A stretch of 64,000 nt of DNA from an uncultured Verrucomicrobiae bacterium (GCA_963765205.1 CAVXVB010000009.1:736001-800000), one strand, 5' to 3'; counted from the stretch's first letter, positions 40,389 through 52,220 are shown. Notes: a model not told the origin generated them from the sequence alone. Program-made: numbers and translations.

Positions 40389-42882
40389 TTAATTCGAGGC
40401 GGTCGGGGCGGGTGTGGCGGCCACTGGCGCCGGGTGGTCCACCCAGTTCAGACTTTGGATTGTCCAGTCCTGCGTGTAAGTCGGCAGGCGGGCGTAGTCC
40501 CACGGCTCATCCACCATCAGATTATTGGGGGCTTTATAAAGAGCATAGACTTTGCGCACCTGTTCGACGGCGGCGTGGACATCAGCGGGGTTGGCATCGC
40601 GGTCATTTTGCGGGGCGACAATGACCACGGCGCGCGGCGCGATGGCCGCAATGATTTCGGGGTAATCAACTGGAATCCGATCCTCATGCCCGATGAAAAA
40701 TCCCAAGCGGGGCAGGAGGGGCCGCTCTACGCTCCAACGCGCAATGCCTCCGGTGCCCTTGTCCGCCGTGTCGGCGCGCATGGGTGTAAAGCCGTTGACC
40801 GAAACGACACCTTTGACGCGCGTGTCCAACGCCGCCGTGTAGAGGCCGACCGTCGCGCCGAGTTCGTAGCCGTAAAGATAAAGCCGGTTCGGGTCCACCA
40901 CCTCGTCCTTGGCCAGCGCGTCCAGCGCCGAGCGCGCGTCATGCACCAAGCGCCCCATCTGGGACCACTGCGGGGCGGTGTTGAAGAATGGCCCAATTTC
41001 AGTCGCGCGACTGCCAAAGCCGCATTGGTCATAAGCGAGTACCGCGTAACCGGCCTGCGTCAGCGCGAGGATGGGATGCAAATCGCGGCGGTAAACCCAC
41101 ATATAACCCAAGGGATAACTATAGCCATGCAGCCAGATGACCGTCGGCAGTTTGGTGCCCGCCGGCGTGTTGGAAGGGTAATATAAATCGCCTTTGACCC
41201 CTTCCCCAAAAGTAACCACGCGCGTGGTCATGGCGCTTCGCTGCGGATCAATCCAGCCGAATTCGGTCGCGGAGGCGCCGGAAAAAAAATGTTTGATGTC
41301 ATCGCTCATGCTGCTGCCGAGGCTGGCGCCCGCGTTGGGATTGGCGGCGGGACCGCGCGCGGCCAATGTGCCAGCGGAGCGGACGGCCGGGCCGGAGCCG
41401 TGGGCGCTGATGGTTCCCTTATCCGCCGGACCATACGCCGGCGAAATCGTTGCGGGCGCGTCGCCCAGCAGCCAATTGATGTTTTTACGGATCGTGTCGG
41501 CTTTGGCTTCCCAATCCGCCGTGCTCGCGATTGTTTTGCCATTGGCACCCGTCAGCAAATCGTCGGGCTGATGCGCCGGGAATTTCGAGAGGTCAACTTT
41601 CTCGCCGCTTTGGGCGACCCACTGCCGCAGGTTCCAGGGAAACAGGAAATTGTTCACCCATTTGTCTTGGGAGCGGCCAAATTGGATGTCGAGCCAGTCG
41701 AGATCCATTTCAATATTGTCCGTGCCATGGACGCCCTTCAGCCGCATGATGCCCACATGGTCCGGCTGGCCTAGAAGTTGAAATACCGGCCATGCGGAAA
41801 GCATGGACTGCTCGTCCGCCCATGTATTGGATACTTCGTCGTTCATGCCGTATTCAATCAGGCAGGAACGCGGCGCGATTAACGCCACCAACAAATTGCC
41901 ATCCACCGGCAACCGGTCTTCGCGCCCGGCAAAAAACCGCAGTTGCGGGGCAAACCACAGCGGGAACGAGCGTGTGGTTGATTCGATGCTCTCCGCACTA
42001 TTGCGCTCGCCGCCCTGGCGCCACGGCACCACGCCGCCCACGCCGGTGCTGCCCGCCACCACCGCCGCGATGCGCTCGTCCAGCGCCGCCGCCGTCAACG
42101 CCATTTTGCCGAGCCGCGAGTAGCCGGTGACCGCGATGCGGGCTTTATCCACCTGCGGCAGCGTGTAGAGATAATCCACCGCCATCTGCACAGCCCAAGC
42201 CTGTTGCGCCATGGTGGCAAAGTCATAAGTCGGATAAAGGGTGGGGAGGTTCGTAACCTGATCCACACTGTAGGGGGTTAAGGTGCAGCTTACATACCCA
42301 CGGTTCAAAATAGCCGCGCCCCCGCCCCCGATGAGAACCGGGAATGGCCCGACCCCGGCGGGAATGGTCACCCTCACCTGCTGGGTGGCTTGGTCGTTCG
42401 GGCCGTAGGCGAGTTGCACTGTGCGCGTGATGGTGCCTTTCGGCGTTGTCAGTGCAGGGCCGCCTCGCCCAAACCCACCCGGCGCGGCGGCCTGTGGTGT
42501 GACTCCGTCGGAGACCGTTTCACTCAGCACCGTCACTTGGTCGAGGGTCGGCTTCGGCGGAATGGCACCAAGCTGGTATTTCTGCTCGAGGCCCCAAATT
42601 TCCTTGCGGCGGGCGGCCCAGTCCGCCGCCGTTTTCACGACATGGCCGTCGAGGAATTGCAACGGGTCCGGCAGCCCGTTGTGCCGGGGCAGCGCGTCAA
42701 AATCCGGCGGCAGTTGTTTAGAGGACTGCAACCAGTCGGTGAATGCTGGCGCGGCGGTGGCCGGCGGCAGAATCAGCAGCAAATGATCGAGGATAATCGC
42801 GCCGTTCCTGTTCTGTCATCGCCCGCAATGGGTGGATGAACGCGAGAATCAACAGCAGAATAATGAAATTGATCCTTCGCAT
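40389..42882 (-). CDS. Secreted two-domain esterase: CE15/glucuronoyl-esterase-like plus alpha/beta hydrolase (frameshift ~42791)
   Basis: GYSRLGK CE15-type motif; second domain has GYELGA; signal peptide MRRINFIILLLILAF begins at ATG 42882 in another frame. Confidence 0.75.
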
Positions 42883-43004
42883 GGGGTATGCGGGGGCTTC
42901 GAATGCCAGTCATCCAAACACATTGGCGGCGCAGAGCGCAAGGCCATAACTTCGTTCGCCTCAACCGCGTTCAGCATGGCCAGCCCGTAAAAGCCGGCGA
43001 AAAA

Positions 43005-44433
<1,429 letters not shown>

Positions 44434-44655
44434 GTCTGCCAAAGGGGAACAACTTGCCAAAAAGGCTTGGAGGGGTCAAGAGAAGAGCGAGGAAGGCGGT
44501 GTCATAATTTTCAGGCATCTTGCTGTCAATGACTTGCATTGAGCGCACGTAATTCAGCAAGCTCCCAACCAAATCCAGTCAAAACAAATTGGTGCTCCCA
44601 TTCTTTTGGTCATTTTTGTCGGTGTGCGCGGCGAGTTACCGGAAAGGCTGCACTC

Positions 44656-45529
44656 TCATGCGATTTTTCTTTTTGCAACCAACTGTCGCCGCCAGAGAAC
44701 CAAGCCCAGCGCGCCCAGAGGCATCAACCAGAGGAGCGCGGCCGGTTCCGGAATGATGAAGGGCACTACTTGGCCATTGGCATTATACATCACGCCGCCG
44801 TCCCAGTCGTTGCCCTCAGGGGGACCTCCATCAGGATCGAGAATGTTGGTGTCGTCGAGCGTGACGGCGGCCCGGGCCAAGGCCCGACCGTTGCCACTGG
44901 TGGTGCCCCCGAAAGTGATGCTGGTGCCGGCCAGATAATTGCCCAGGATTGTGCTGTCGGGGCCTATGGTTATGCCGGTCCCGGCATTCCAGAAGATGCC
45001 GTCACCGCTGCCACCACCAGGGCCGAGATTCTCGATGACGACCGCCGAATTTTGGCTGGCAATCAAGGTGGTGCCGATTTGGAAAACCCAGACCGCATTG
45101 CTCTCGCCTTTGGCGTTGAGGGTGAGGGTCCCGTCCAGCGCCGCCGTGCTGGCAAATGTATAAACACCGGGGGGCAGGATCAGCGTGCCAAGATCCGTGC
45201 CGGTCTCGTTTGCCGTGGACGCCATGCCGGCCAAACCCGCCGCAGCCTGGATGAGATCCAAATTTGCTTGATAGGTCGTCGGATCGTCGATGTAGATCGT
45301 TCCGTTCGAAACCACCCCCGGAGGAAAGCCGGTAACGCTGGCGGCTGCGCCACCGCCGACATTCCCGTTGATAATGGTGGTCGCGCCCGCGGTATTAGTT
45401 ACCGCCGAAATCGCCAAAAACGGCAAAGTTGCCCGCCGACTGCAAGATCTGGGCGGACCCAATCGTCGGGGCGCACAACAGCGCCGCGAACGCAGCCACG
45501 GGAAAGGAAATCAGGCCAAGACATTTCAT
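44656..45529 (-). CDS. DUF3494 ice-binding-family protein with PEP-CTERM (frameshift at 45416-45420)
   Basis: AGNFAV|LA.SAVTN, TGFPPG, LPPGVY, WVFQIG and GRALA motifs; C-terminal IPEP-TM-RR; signal peptide from ATG 45529. Confidence 0.88.
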
Positions 45530-45622
45530 CGTGGAAGTATAGGCCAGCCGTGGGGCTGGCGCTATGGGGCGTTACCCGACTCTTGCTGGCGGGCCTTGCC
45601 CCTCGGCCAAGTTATTTGCCAC

Positions 45623-46531
45623 TCAATTGATCATGATGCCCACACTTTTTAACATCGCAAAGTCCCCTGTCACCGTCGGCGACGCGCCAACAACCTTGAC
45701 AATGCCGCGCTTGATTAAGACCTCCAGTATCTGTTGGGCTTCGGCAGGCGCGACATAAATGAATTTGGCCGGTGGCGGCATCATGCCGGCACTGCTGGAT
45801 TCAGAATCAAAAAATCCAAAGTCCCCGTCGGCGCTGCCAAGTCTGGACGCCTTCCGATCATACCAAGCCGGATTGAGGATGCCGATTTGGCCGGGATGCT
45901 CGGCGGAAGCGGGGTCCGTGGCGTAGGGGATGAAGAGAGGACTGCTGGTCAGGAAAAATATGCTGATGAGCGCGGTGCACAGGCATAACACCACGCTCGC
46001 GCCAAACAAGGGCCGGACAATTTTTTCAATGAGTGCCCCGGGCAGCTCGCGGTAATATTGCTCCAGGCGGCAGATGCACTCTGGCCTCAACGCGCTCGGA
46101 CCACGAAAGGCGGAGGTGCGTGCTGGGTGCGCGGGCCCTTCCCTGGCTGGCGCAGGCAGTGGGGCGGGCATCGCATACTGCAACACCTCCAAGCGCTGCG
46201 CGATCCCCGGCTGGTCAAACGAATGCGGATACACCGCGCTGGCCATCCGCGCATTGAATTCCGTGAGACCCCAGTCTCTACCGATGATTGTCTCTCGCCG
46301 TTTTATTGAACTCGGCGTCGGTTCCGCCAGTTTTGACACGGTTGGCTCTTCCACAACTGGCGAGGCTAATGAGCTGAAGATCGCATTTTGCGCTGCCCGC
46401 GGCTGTGGGTGGTTGTTGGGCGCGCGTCGAAACCACTCCGGCCGCGGCTTTATCATAGGCTGGTCACATGCGTGCGGATACGCGGCCCTGATCAGCCGCA
46501 CATTAAATTCCATGAGTTCCCAGTCATCCAT
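45623..46531 (-). CDS. Hypothetical single-TM protein with a duplicated N-terminal motif
   Basis: Long ORF; DW.L.EFN.R...A.YPH..DQP occurs twice; one hydrophobic segment. Confidence 0.55.
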   Translation of the reverse strand: MDDWELMEFNVRLIRAAYPHACDQPMIKPRPEWFRRAPNNHPQPRAAQNAIFSSLASPVVEEPTVSKLAEPTPSSIKRRETIIGRDWGLTEFNARMASAVYPHSFDQPGIAQRLEVLQYAMPAPLPAPAREGPAHPARTSAFRGPSALRPECICRLEQYYRELPGALIEKIVRPLFGASVVLCLCTALISIFFLTSSPLFIPYATDPASAEHPGQIGILNPAWYDRKASRLGSADGDFGFFDSESSSAGMMPPPAKFIYVAPAEAQQILEVLIKRGIVKVVGASPTVTGDFAMLKSVGIMIN

Positions 46532-46894
46532 GTTATTGATTAGCTCCGGTTGTTTGATTTAAAGTGGATTTTGTTTTAAAAATGTGCCTTGGCTGGCGGG
46601 ATAGCGCATCCAAAACCCAGCGCCGCGCCCCCTCGAAACAGTATAGTACACCTCCACTGCACCCGCCATGGGGTGTTGCCCTACAGACACACTGGAGTTC
46701 TGGCTGGCGCCGTCCACATTGCCCGCACCCCTGAAACTGCCCTGCATTGAGCTGATGCTTGGAACGGGTTAACCCCCTCCACCAAGCAGCAGCGGCAACC
46801 TGGCAATGTGGACCGCGGTGGAAGGGCTTGCCGCCAGCCAAAGCTGGTGCATGATGGGCAAGAAAATTGACCAACCCCAATTTCCCAAAACCCC

Positions 46895-47845
46895 ATGAAC
46901 CCCTTATCCAATCGCCGGGATTTTCTTAAAAGTGCGGCGCTCTGGCCGCTGGGTGCGGCAATGGGCGCCGCCGCCCCTGCGACCCCGGAGCCGGACTCCA
47001 GCAGTCGAGCGGAGGGCCACCCACTCAAGGTCTCGCTCAACGCTTATAGTTTCGCACAGGCGCTCACCGCCCCGGCGGCAGGTGGCCCGGCGGCCATGAC
47101 CCTTTACGACGCGCTTGATTTCTGTGCGCAGCATGATTTCGACGGGATTGACGCCACGGGCTATTACTTCCCCGGCTATCCCAAGGCGCCCGCGGATTCC
47201 TACCTCTACGATTTCAAGCGCGAGGCGCACAAACGGGGCTTGGTTATCACGGGCACGGGCGTGAAAAACAACTTGGCCCAGGCGGACGAAGCAAAACGGG
47301 CGGACGATATTCAACTCGTGAAAGACTGGATCGAAGTCGCCGCCAAGCTGGGCGCGCCGGTATTGCGCGTGTTTGCCGGCGCGGCGCCGGAGGGCCAGAC
47401 GTGGGACACCGTGGCCGCGTGGATGGCGGCGGATTTGAAGCAGTGTGTGGAGTATGGCCGGCAGCATGGCGTCCTGGTTGGAATTCAAAACCACGCCGAT
47501 TTTCTGCAAACGGCGGACCAAGTGCTCAAGCTGCTCAAGCTGGTTGACTCGGACTGGTTCGGCGTGGTGCTGGACACCGGGAGTTTTCAAACCGGGGATC
47601 CCTACGAGGAAATCGCGCGCGTGGTGCCTTACGCGGTGAATTTTCAAATCAAGGAAAGCCCGCTGGGCGCGGCCAGCTCGATGAGAATGGATTTGACGAA
47701 ACTCATGCAAATCATCCGGGCGGGCGGCTATCGCGGCTTTTTACCCATCGAAACCCTGGTGACGCCGGGGACGCCTTACGAACCGCACGTGTTGTTGCCG
47801 CAGATGCTCCGGAAGGTGCGGCTGGCCATCGAGCAAACTGCTTAG
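46895..47845 (+). CDS. Tat-exported sugar phosphate isomerase/epimerase (AP2 TIM barrel)
   Basis: NRRDFLK Tat motif; LGAPVLRVFAG, QNH, LDTG and IE motifs. Confidence 0.9.
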   Translation: MNPLSNRRDFLKSAALWPLGAAMGAAAPATPEPDSSSRAEGHPLKVSLNAYSFAQALTAPAAGGPAAMTLYDALDFCAQHDFDGIDATGYYFPGYPKAPADSYLYDFKREAHKRGLVITGTGVKNNLAQADEAKRADDIQLVKDWIEVAAKLGAPVLRVFAGAAPEGQTWDTVAAWMAADLKQCVEYGRQHGVLVGIQNHADFLQTADQVLKLLKLVDSDWFGVVLDTGSFQTGDPYEEIARVVPYAVNFQIKESPLGAASSMRMDLTKLMQIIRAGGYRGFLPIETLVTPGTPYEPHVLLPQMLRKVRLAIEQTA

Positions 47846-47968
47846 CGGTAAGGCGTTTTGCCCAAGGTTACCCGATGTTTGCCTTGGAATAACATCCAAC
47901 TGACGACGGAAACCTTATGTAGGCAATTTTGCTTCTGCAATTTCGACCCCACTCTGTGGCTAAATCCC

Positions 47969-49546
47969 ATGAATCAAGCCGAACCAGACCCCAACACAAT
48001 TTCTCGCCGGGATTTTGTCCGCACGGCCGCGCTGGCGGCGGGCGCAATCTCTTCCGGGCTCGCATTGACGCCGGCCAGCGCCGCTGATGCGGCTGCCGAA
48101 GTAAAATCTCCCGCCGCCAAACCCATGATCGGTTTCCAGGCTGAATCGTCCTACCTGCTGCAATATGGCATCGCCCGTTTTTTCGATGACGTGCAGACCC
48201 GTGCCAACGTCAACACCCTCTTCCTCCACTGCAATCTATTCGAACCGTCTTGGGTTGGTCTGGACCGGGCCAGCAACCCCGCGGGCAATTTCGCCACCGC
48301 GCACCCGCAGTTTTACCAGGATGTGTCTATGAAGCCGCAGGCCCTCGCGCCCGGCGACCCCAACCTTCCCGACACTTTGGAGCAAATCACCGCGGAAACC
48401 AAGCTGCGCGGCATCAAAATTTATTCCTGGATGGAAGAGGACAACCGCGCGCCGCCCAACATCGCCGGCATGGACCAGCTCTACGAAATTGACCTCTATG
48501 GCCGGAGAACCGGCGGCCATCCCGGCGGCCCGTGCCTCAATAATCCCTATTTCCGCAACCTCATCGCCGGGTCCGTCGAGGATTTTATCCGCTCCTACGA
48601 AGTGGACGGCCTGCAACGCGGCTCCGAACGCCAGGGACCCCTGGGCAACGCGCTGGGCGCCTGGCATCATGGCTCGAAAAGCGATCCTGGGCACACCTCC
48701 TGTTTCTGCGAATATTGCGCCGCCAAAGCCGCCAGCCAGGGGATAGATTTCGCCCGCGTCAAACAAGCATTTCTCGCGCTCGAACCCTATGTCCGCGCCG
48801 GCCGGGCCGGCCAACGCCCGCGCGACGGCTACTTTGTGGAATTCTGGCGCATTCTCCTGCGCCATCCTGAACTGCTCGCCTGGGAAAATTTCTGGGCCGC
48901 CAGCATGCGCGAAATGCAACGCGAGTTTTACACCAAGGCCAAATCCATCCGCCCGGCCGTGCAGGTGGGCTTCCATATCTGGCAGAACATCTCGTTCAGC
49001 CCGTTCTATCGCGCGGAGCAGGATTATCAGGCCTACACCGAATACGCCGATTTCCTCAAGCCCGCGCTCTACGACAACCCCGCCGCCGAACGCATGGCCT
49101 CCTTTGTCGCCAGCATCACGCAAAATATTTTTGGCGACCTCAGCCACGAGCAGATAAGCGATTTCGAATACAACGTCATGGACTTTAAGGAAAAATCCTA
49201 CGACGAAATCATCGGCCCCAATAATCCCACTTACGAAACCCAGCTCCGCAATCTTCCCATCAACGGAACGCCGCGCGGAACCTTCCCCGGTTTTTCGGGC
49301 GACTACGTTTACCGCGAAACCAAACGCGCGGTCGCCGGCGTCGCCGGCTCAAAAACCCAAATCTGCCCTGGCCTGGGCATTGATGTGGCGCTGAAGAACA
49401 GCACGCCGGAAAGTGTCCGCGACGCCGTCGAAGCCGTCTTCCGGGCCGGCGGCACCGGTCTGGTCCTCTCCAGCAGCCACGCCGCCATGCGGCCCGAGAA
49501 TCTGAGCGCCGTTGGCGCGACCCTGCGCGAACTTAAACTTGCTTGA
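47969..49546 (+). CDS. Tat-exported glycoside-hydrolase-like TIM-barrel protein
   Basis: SRRDFVR Tat motif; CLNNP, YEVDG and CFCEYC motifs. Confidence 0.7.
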   Translation: MNQAEPDPNTISRRDFVRTAALAAGAISSGLALTPASAADAAAEVKSPAAKPMIGFQAESSYLLQYGIARFFDDVQTRANVNTLFLHCNLFEPSWVGLDRASNPAGNFATAHPQFYQDVSMKPQALAPGDPNLPDTLEQITAETKLRGIKIYSWMEEDNRAPPNIAGMDQLYEIDLYGRRTGGHPGGPCLNNPYFRNLIAGSVEDFIRSYEVDGLQRGSERQGPLGNALGAWHHGSKSDPGHTSCFCEYCAAKAASQGIDFARVKQAFLALEPYVRAGRAGQRPRDGYFVEFWRILLRHPELLAWENFWAASMREMQREFYTKAKSIRPAVQVGFHIWQNISFSPFYRAEQDYQAYTEYADFLKPALYDNPAAERMASFVASITQNIFGDLSHEQISDFEYNVMDFKEKSYDEIIGPNNPTYETQLRNLPINGTPRGTFPGFSGDYVYRETKRAVAGVAGSKTQICPGLGIDVALKNSTPESVRDAVEAVFRAGGTGLVLSSSHAAMRPENLSAVGATLRELKLA

Positions 49547-49756
49547 TACAAAAAATGGAGGTGGCGGGAATTGAACCTCGTCTCCACCGCAAAGCTAAGT
49601 CGCTCAATCACGCGGACTTAGTTGATTGTTAATGGTTTAGAACTTGAAGAAATATACACCTATTTTCAAAAAAGAGAAACTAAAAACATGATTTTGGGCA
49701 ACCTTTGGGCAACCTAAACCAGGATTTTTCGCGGTGCCATGCGGCAGTGGCAATTA

Positions 49757-50449
49757 CTAAATGAGCGCGGCGATGTCACGAAATTTTTGACGCAGAGATA
49801 GAAGACGCTGTTGGCTTGCCCAGTCTGCGGAAAGATGACCGGGCAATGCTTCGTTGAATGCTGGCACACTGTTTAATTTACGCACGGACTCGATAACGTA
49901 GCTGCGGAGTTTTGCCGGAGCCTTGTTCACTTCCGCGACAATGCTTTCCCGACCGTCAATCACGGTGATAAAATCCTCAAGGTCGTGGCTGCTAAAATAG
50001 TCGCCCAGGCCCCTGTCGCCAAACGCGACATGCTTGGTCGCAAGAAATGCGATAGGGGAAATGAGCTTTAATCGGGTGTGTGCAAACTCGCGCACTTCGG
50101 CGCTTTCCAAAGCTTCCTTGAACCATGCGGTATTGAGACCAAGAAATGCGCCATCCGTCGGCATGATGTCCACCGTCAAGTTTCCCAGCACCCAACGGCA
50201 TTTCGGCGCGTCCTTGCGCATGTCATGGTCGAATCCGAGGCTTCGCAGTTTCGCTTCCACGTCAGAATACCGAAGGGTTGTTGCCACTTCCACGATGACA
50301 TCCACGTCATCGGTAGGGCGCGCGGGTGACAATTCGGGATCGTCCAGCAGAAGCGTCACGATGGAGCCGCCGACAAAGGCGTAATCCAGCCCGAGGCTAT
50401 CGAGCCGGTCCGCCACCGTTCGCAGGGCGCCGAGATTAAGCTGGGACAT
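49757..50449 (-). CDS. Pol-beta-superfamily nucleotidyltransferase (AbiEii-like putative toxin)
   Basis: FVGG...RPTDDVD, VDIMP, ATK and HDLED motifs. Confidence 0.8.
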   Translation of the reverse strand: MSQLNLGALRTVADRLDSLGLDYAFVGGSIVTLLLDDPELSPARPTDDVDVIVEVATTLRYSDVEAKLRSLGFDHDMRKDAPKCRWVLGNLTVDIMPTDGAFLGLNTAWFKEALESAEVREFAHTRLKLISPIAFLATKHVAFGDRGLGDYFSSHDLEDFITVIDGRESIVAEVNKAPAKLRSYVIESVRKLNSVPAFNEALPGHLSADWASQQRLLSLRQKFRDIAALI

Positions 50450-50954
50450 GGGCTTTCAAGCGGTTGGATATTTCTTTTTCAGCAATGCTGCGTTCGCGGG
50501 CTCGACCGATGCGTAAGGCATCCACTAGAGCAAGAAGGTCATAAAGTGCAGGGTCACGACGCGCAGCGCCCGGTACGCTCGCATAGAGCGGCCGCACGGA
50601 TGCACCCTGCACCTTGCCATTCGGGTCAGGCCAGACAGGAGGGATTTGTTCCGCCGCGTTCAGTTTGTCCGCCATCACGGGCGCAGCCCATGCCGTGGGC
50701 ATCCCGCGAGTTACTTCTTGCGCGTGGGCAGGAAAGGCAAAGGGAACGCCATGCACCAGAAAATCGCAAAGTGTTTCGCGCTGCACCTCCTTTGTGGCGG
50801 AATCGACCAGACGGGCATCAATGAGCCGCCGCACTGCGGCATGGACTTCCGAAGCGCTTATTCCGAGCGATTGGCCCAAATCGGCATAGCTCTGCGAAGC
50901 TGCGCCGAGGCACAGTTTCAGAGCCACCACGATGTCTTGAGGCTTGGTTAGCAT
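50436..50954 (-). CDS. HTH protein (KPQD-type), putative antitoxin/autoregulator
   Basis: KPQDIVVALKL, HTH SYADLGQSLGISASEVH, RGMPT, VWP, PLY and GRARER; overlaps the NTase start by 14 nt. Confidence 0.8.
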   Translation of the reverse strand: MLTKPQDIVVALKLCLGAASQSYADLGQSLGISASEVHAAVRRLIDARLVDSATKEVQRETLCDFLVHGVPFAFPAHAQEVTRGMPTAWAAPVMADKLNAAEQIPPVWPDPNGKVQGASVRPLYASVPGAARRDPALYDLLALVDALRIGRARERSIAEKEISNRLKAHVPA

Positions 50955-50988
50955 GTAAATACGTTATTCGCGAATAGCGAATAGTCAA
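50955..50988 (-). promoter_or_regulatory. Sigma70-like promoter with palindromic operator, probably leaderless
   Basis: TTGACT-16-TAACGT-6-ATG; palindrome TATTCGCGAATA at 50965-50976. Confidence 0.6.
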
Positions 50989-51123
50989 TCTCTATTTTCA
51001 CTTTCCCTATTCAGAAATTAGAGCCGCTTACCGCATATCGTCCAACAAAGACTGGCCTTGTCCTGTCATCAGGCGCGACTGCCAATGCGGACAGGAAATC
51101 TTCCGGGCGATACTGCGAATTGC

Positions 51124-51339
51124 TCACGAACGCAGACTAGAAAAAACGCTGCCCCAATCAATCTTAACCGTCTGCATGGCCTTCTTTGAGAAAATGCTAT
51201 TTTCCCGTTGGACTTGCTCGGGTGTCGCCAAATGCAGAGCCACGCGCTGGGAGTCATACTTCCGCAGGCGTTCATGGTAGCGCACCCAGGCAGGCCAATC
51301 GGCCTTCTTGGGTGGCTTTGGTGTGGCTAACTTTACCAT
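51124..51339 (-). CDS. Small hypothetical protein
   Basis: 71 aa from ATG 51339 (MVKLATPKPPKK...VQRENSIF); could instead be the tail of the upstream in-frame ORF. Confidence 0.45.
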   Translation of the reverse strand: MVKLATPKPPKKADWPAWVRYHERLRKYDSQRVALHLATPEQVQRENSIFSKKAMQTVKIDWGSVFSSLRS

Positions 51340-51471
51340 GGCATCAGCAGTAGCAGTAGGAAACCCCCCTCTTGTCGCAATCTTGACAATACCAGAGGGG
51401 CGAGGGTCAACCCAAAGAACATCTAAATAATCTTCTGAATTTGCTATAACTGTTCTTGCCAAAGAATCCGG

Positions 51472-51969
51472 TTAGTGGGCTTGCATAAACGGCAACCGCA
51501 TTCCTCCTTGTTCATGGACTTGCCCATTTTTCTCGACATTAAGAAATTTTCCATAGCCGCCAGTCAAAGGCTTATCCGTTATATTCTTAACATATAATCT
51601 AAGATAATGTATAACTCCTTCGTTATCGGCTGAATAGCAGTTATAGATTGAATCATTGCAAAGAACTTCTATTTTCGGTCTTTCCTTTTCTTTGTAGGCG
51701 TTAATGTCATTTTCAAGTTTCCCGCATCTTCGGTAAGCCATCTCTAAAAGACCCAAGCAGAAAAATACAAAAATCGTCACGGATTGTAACCAAGTAGGCC
51801 AACCCCAATTTGCGACATCTAATCCAAAATCTTTGGCTATCAAAAGCCCCATAGAAATCGCCCAAAATACAACCGTGGTCACAGAATCCCTCCAATCTGT
51901 CGCTTTGTGAGCCAGTTGCCTAACATAAACAATTCGCCTCCATAGAGGTTCGGTGATTCTTTTCCACAT
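51472..51969 (-). CDS. Low-GC two-TM hypothetical protein, possibly truncated by an in-frame TAA
   Basis: Two hydrophobic helices plus a short coiled coil; the frame continues past the TAA at 51472. Confidence 0.6.
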   Translation of the reverse strand: MWKRITEPLWRRIVYVRQLAHKATDWRDSVTTVVFWAISMGLLIAKDFGLDVANWGWPTWLQSVTIFVFFCLGLLEMAYRRCGKLENDINAYKEKERPKIEVLCNDSIYNCYSADNEGVIHYLRLYVKNITDKPLTGGYGKFLNVEKNGQVHEQGGMRLPFMQAH

Positions 51970-52162
51970 GATTTCTTAGCATGGGCATCGCTTCGTTGCC
52001 TGTAAAGTGGGGATTGGACAGGGTTAAAATCAAATAGTGAAAATATGTTCATTAGTGCATGAGGGAGTTAAGCGTATAAGTCCCCAAAATAGGCCCACAG
52101 TTCTGGAGGTGGAATGTTGGGCTAATTAGAAAAACGTACAGGCGTTTCGCTTATCTGCCTTG

Positions 52163-52200
52163 GAAAACAAAACGCCGCGCTGGCAAAACCAGCGCGGCGT
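52163..52200 (-). terminator. Rho-independent terminator after the excisionase
   Basis: 12-bp stem ACGCCGCGCTGG/CCAGCGCGGCGT followed by a U-rich tract on the minus strand. Confidence 0.75.
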
Positions 52201-52220
52201 CGTTCGCGGCAAGAGGGCGC

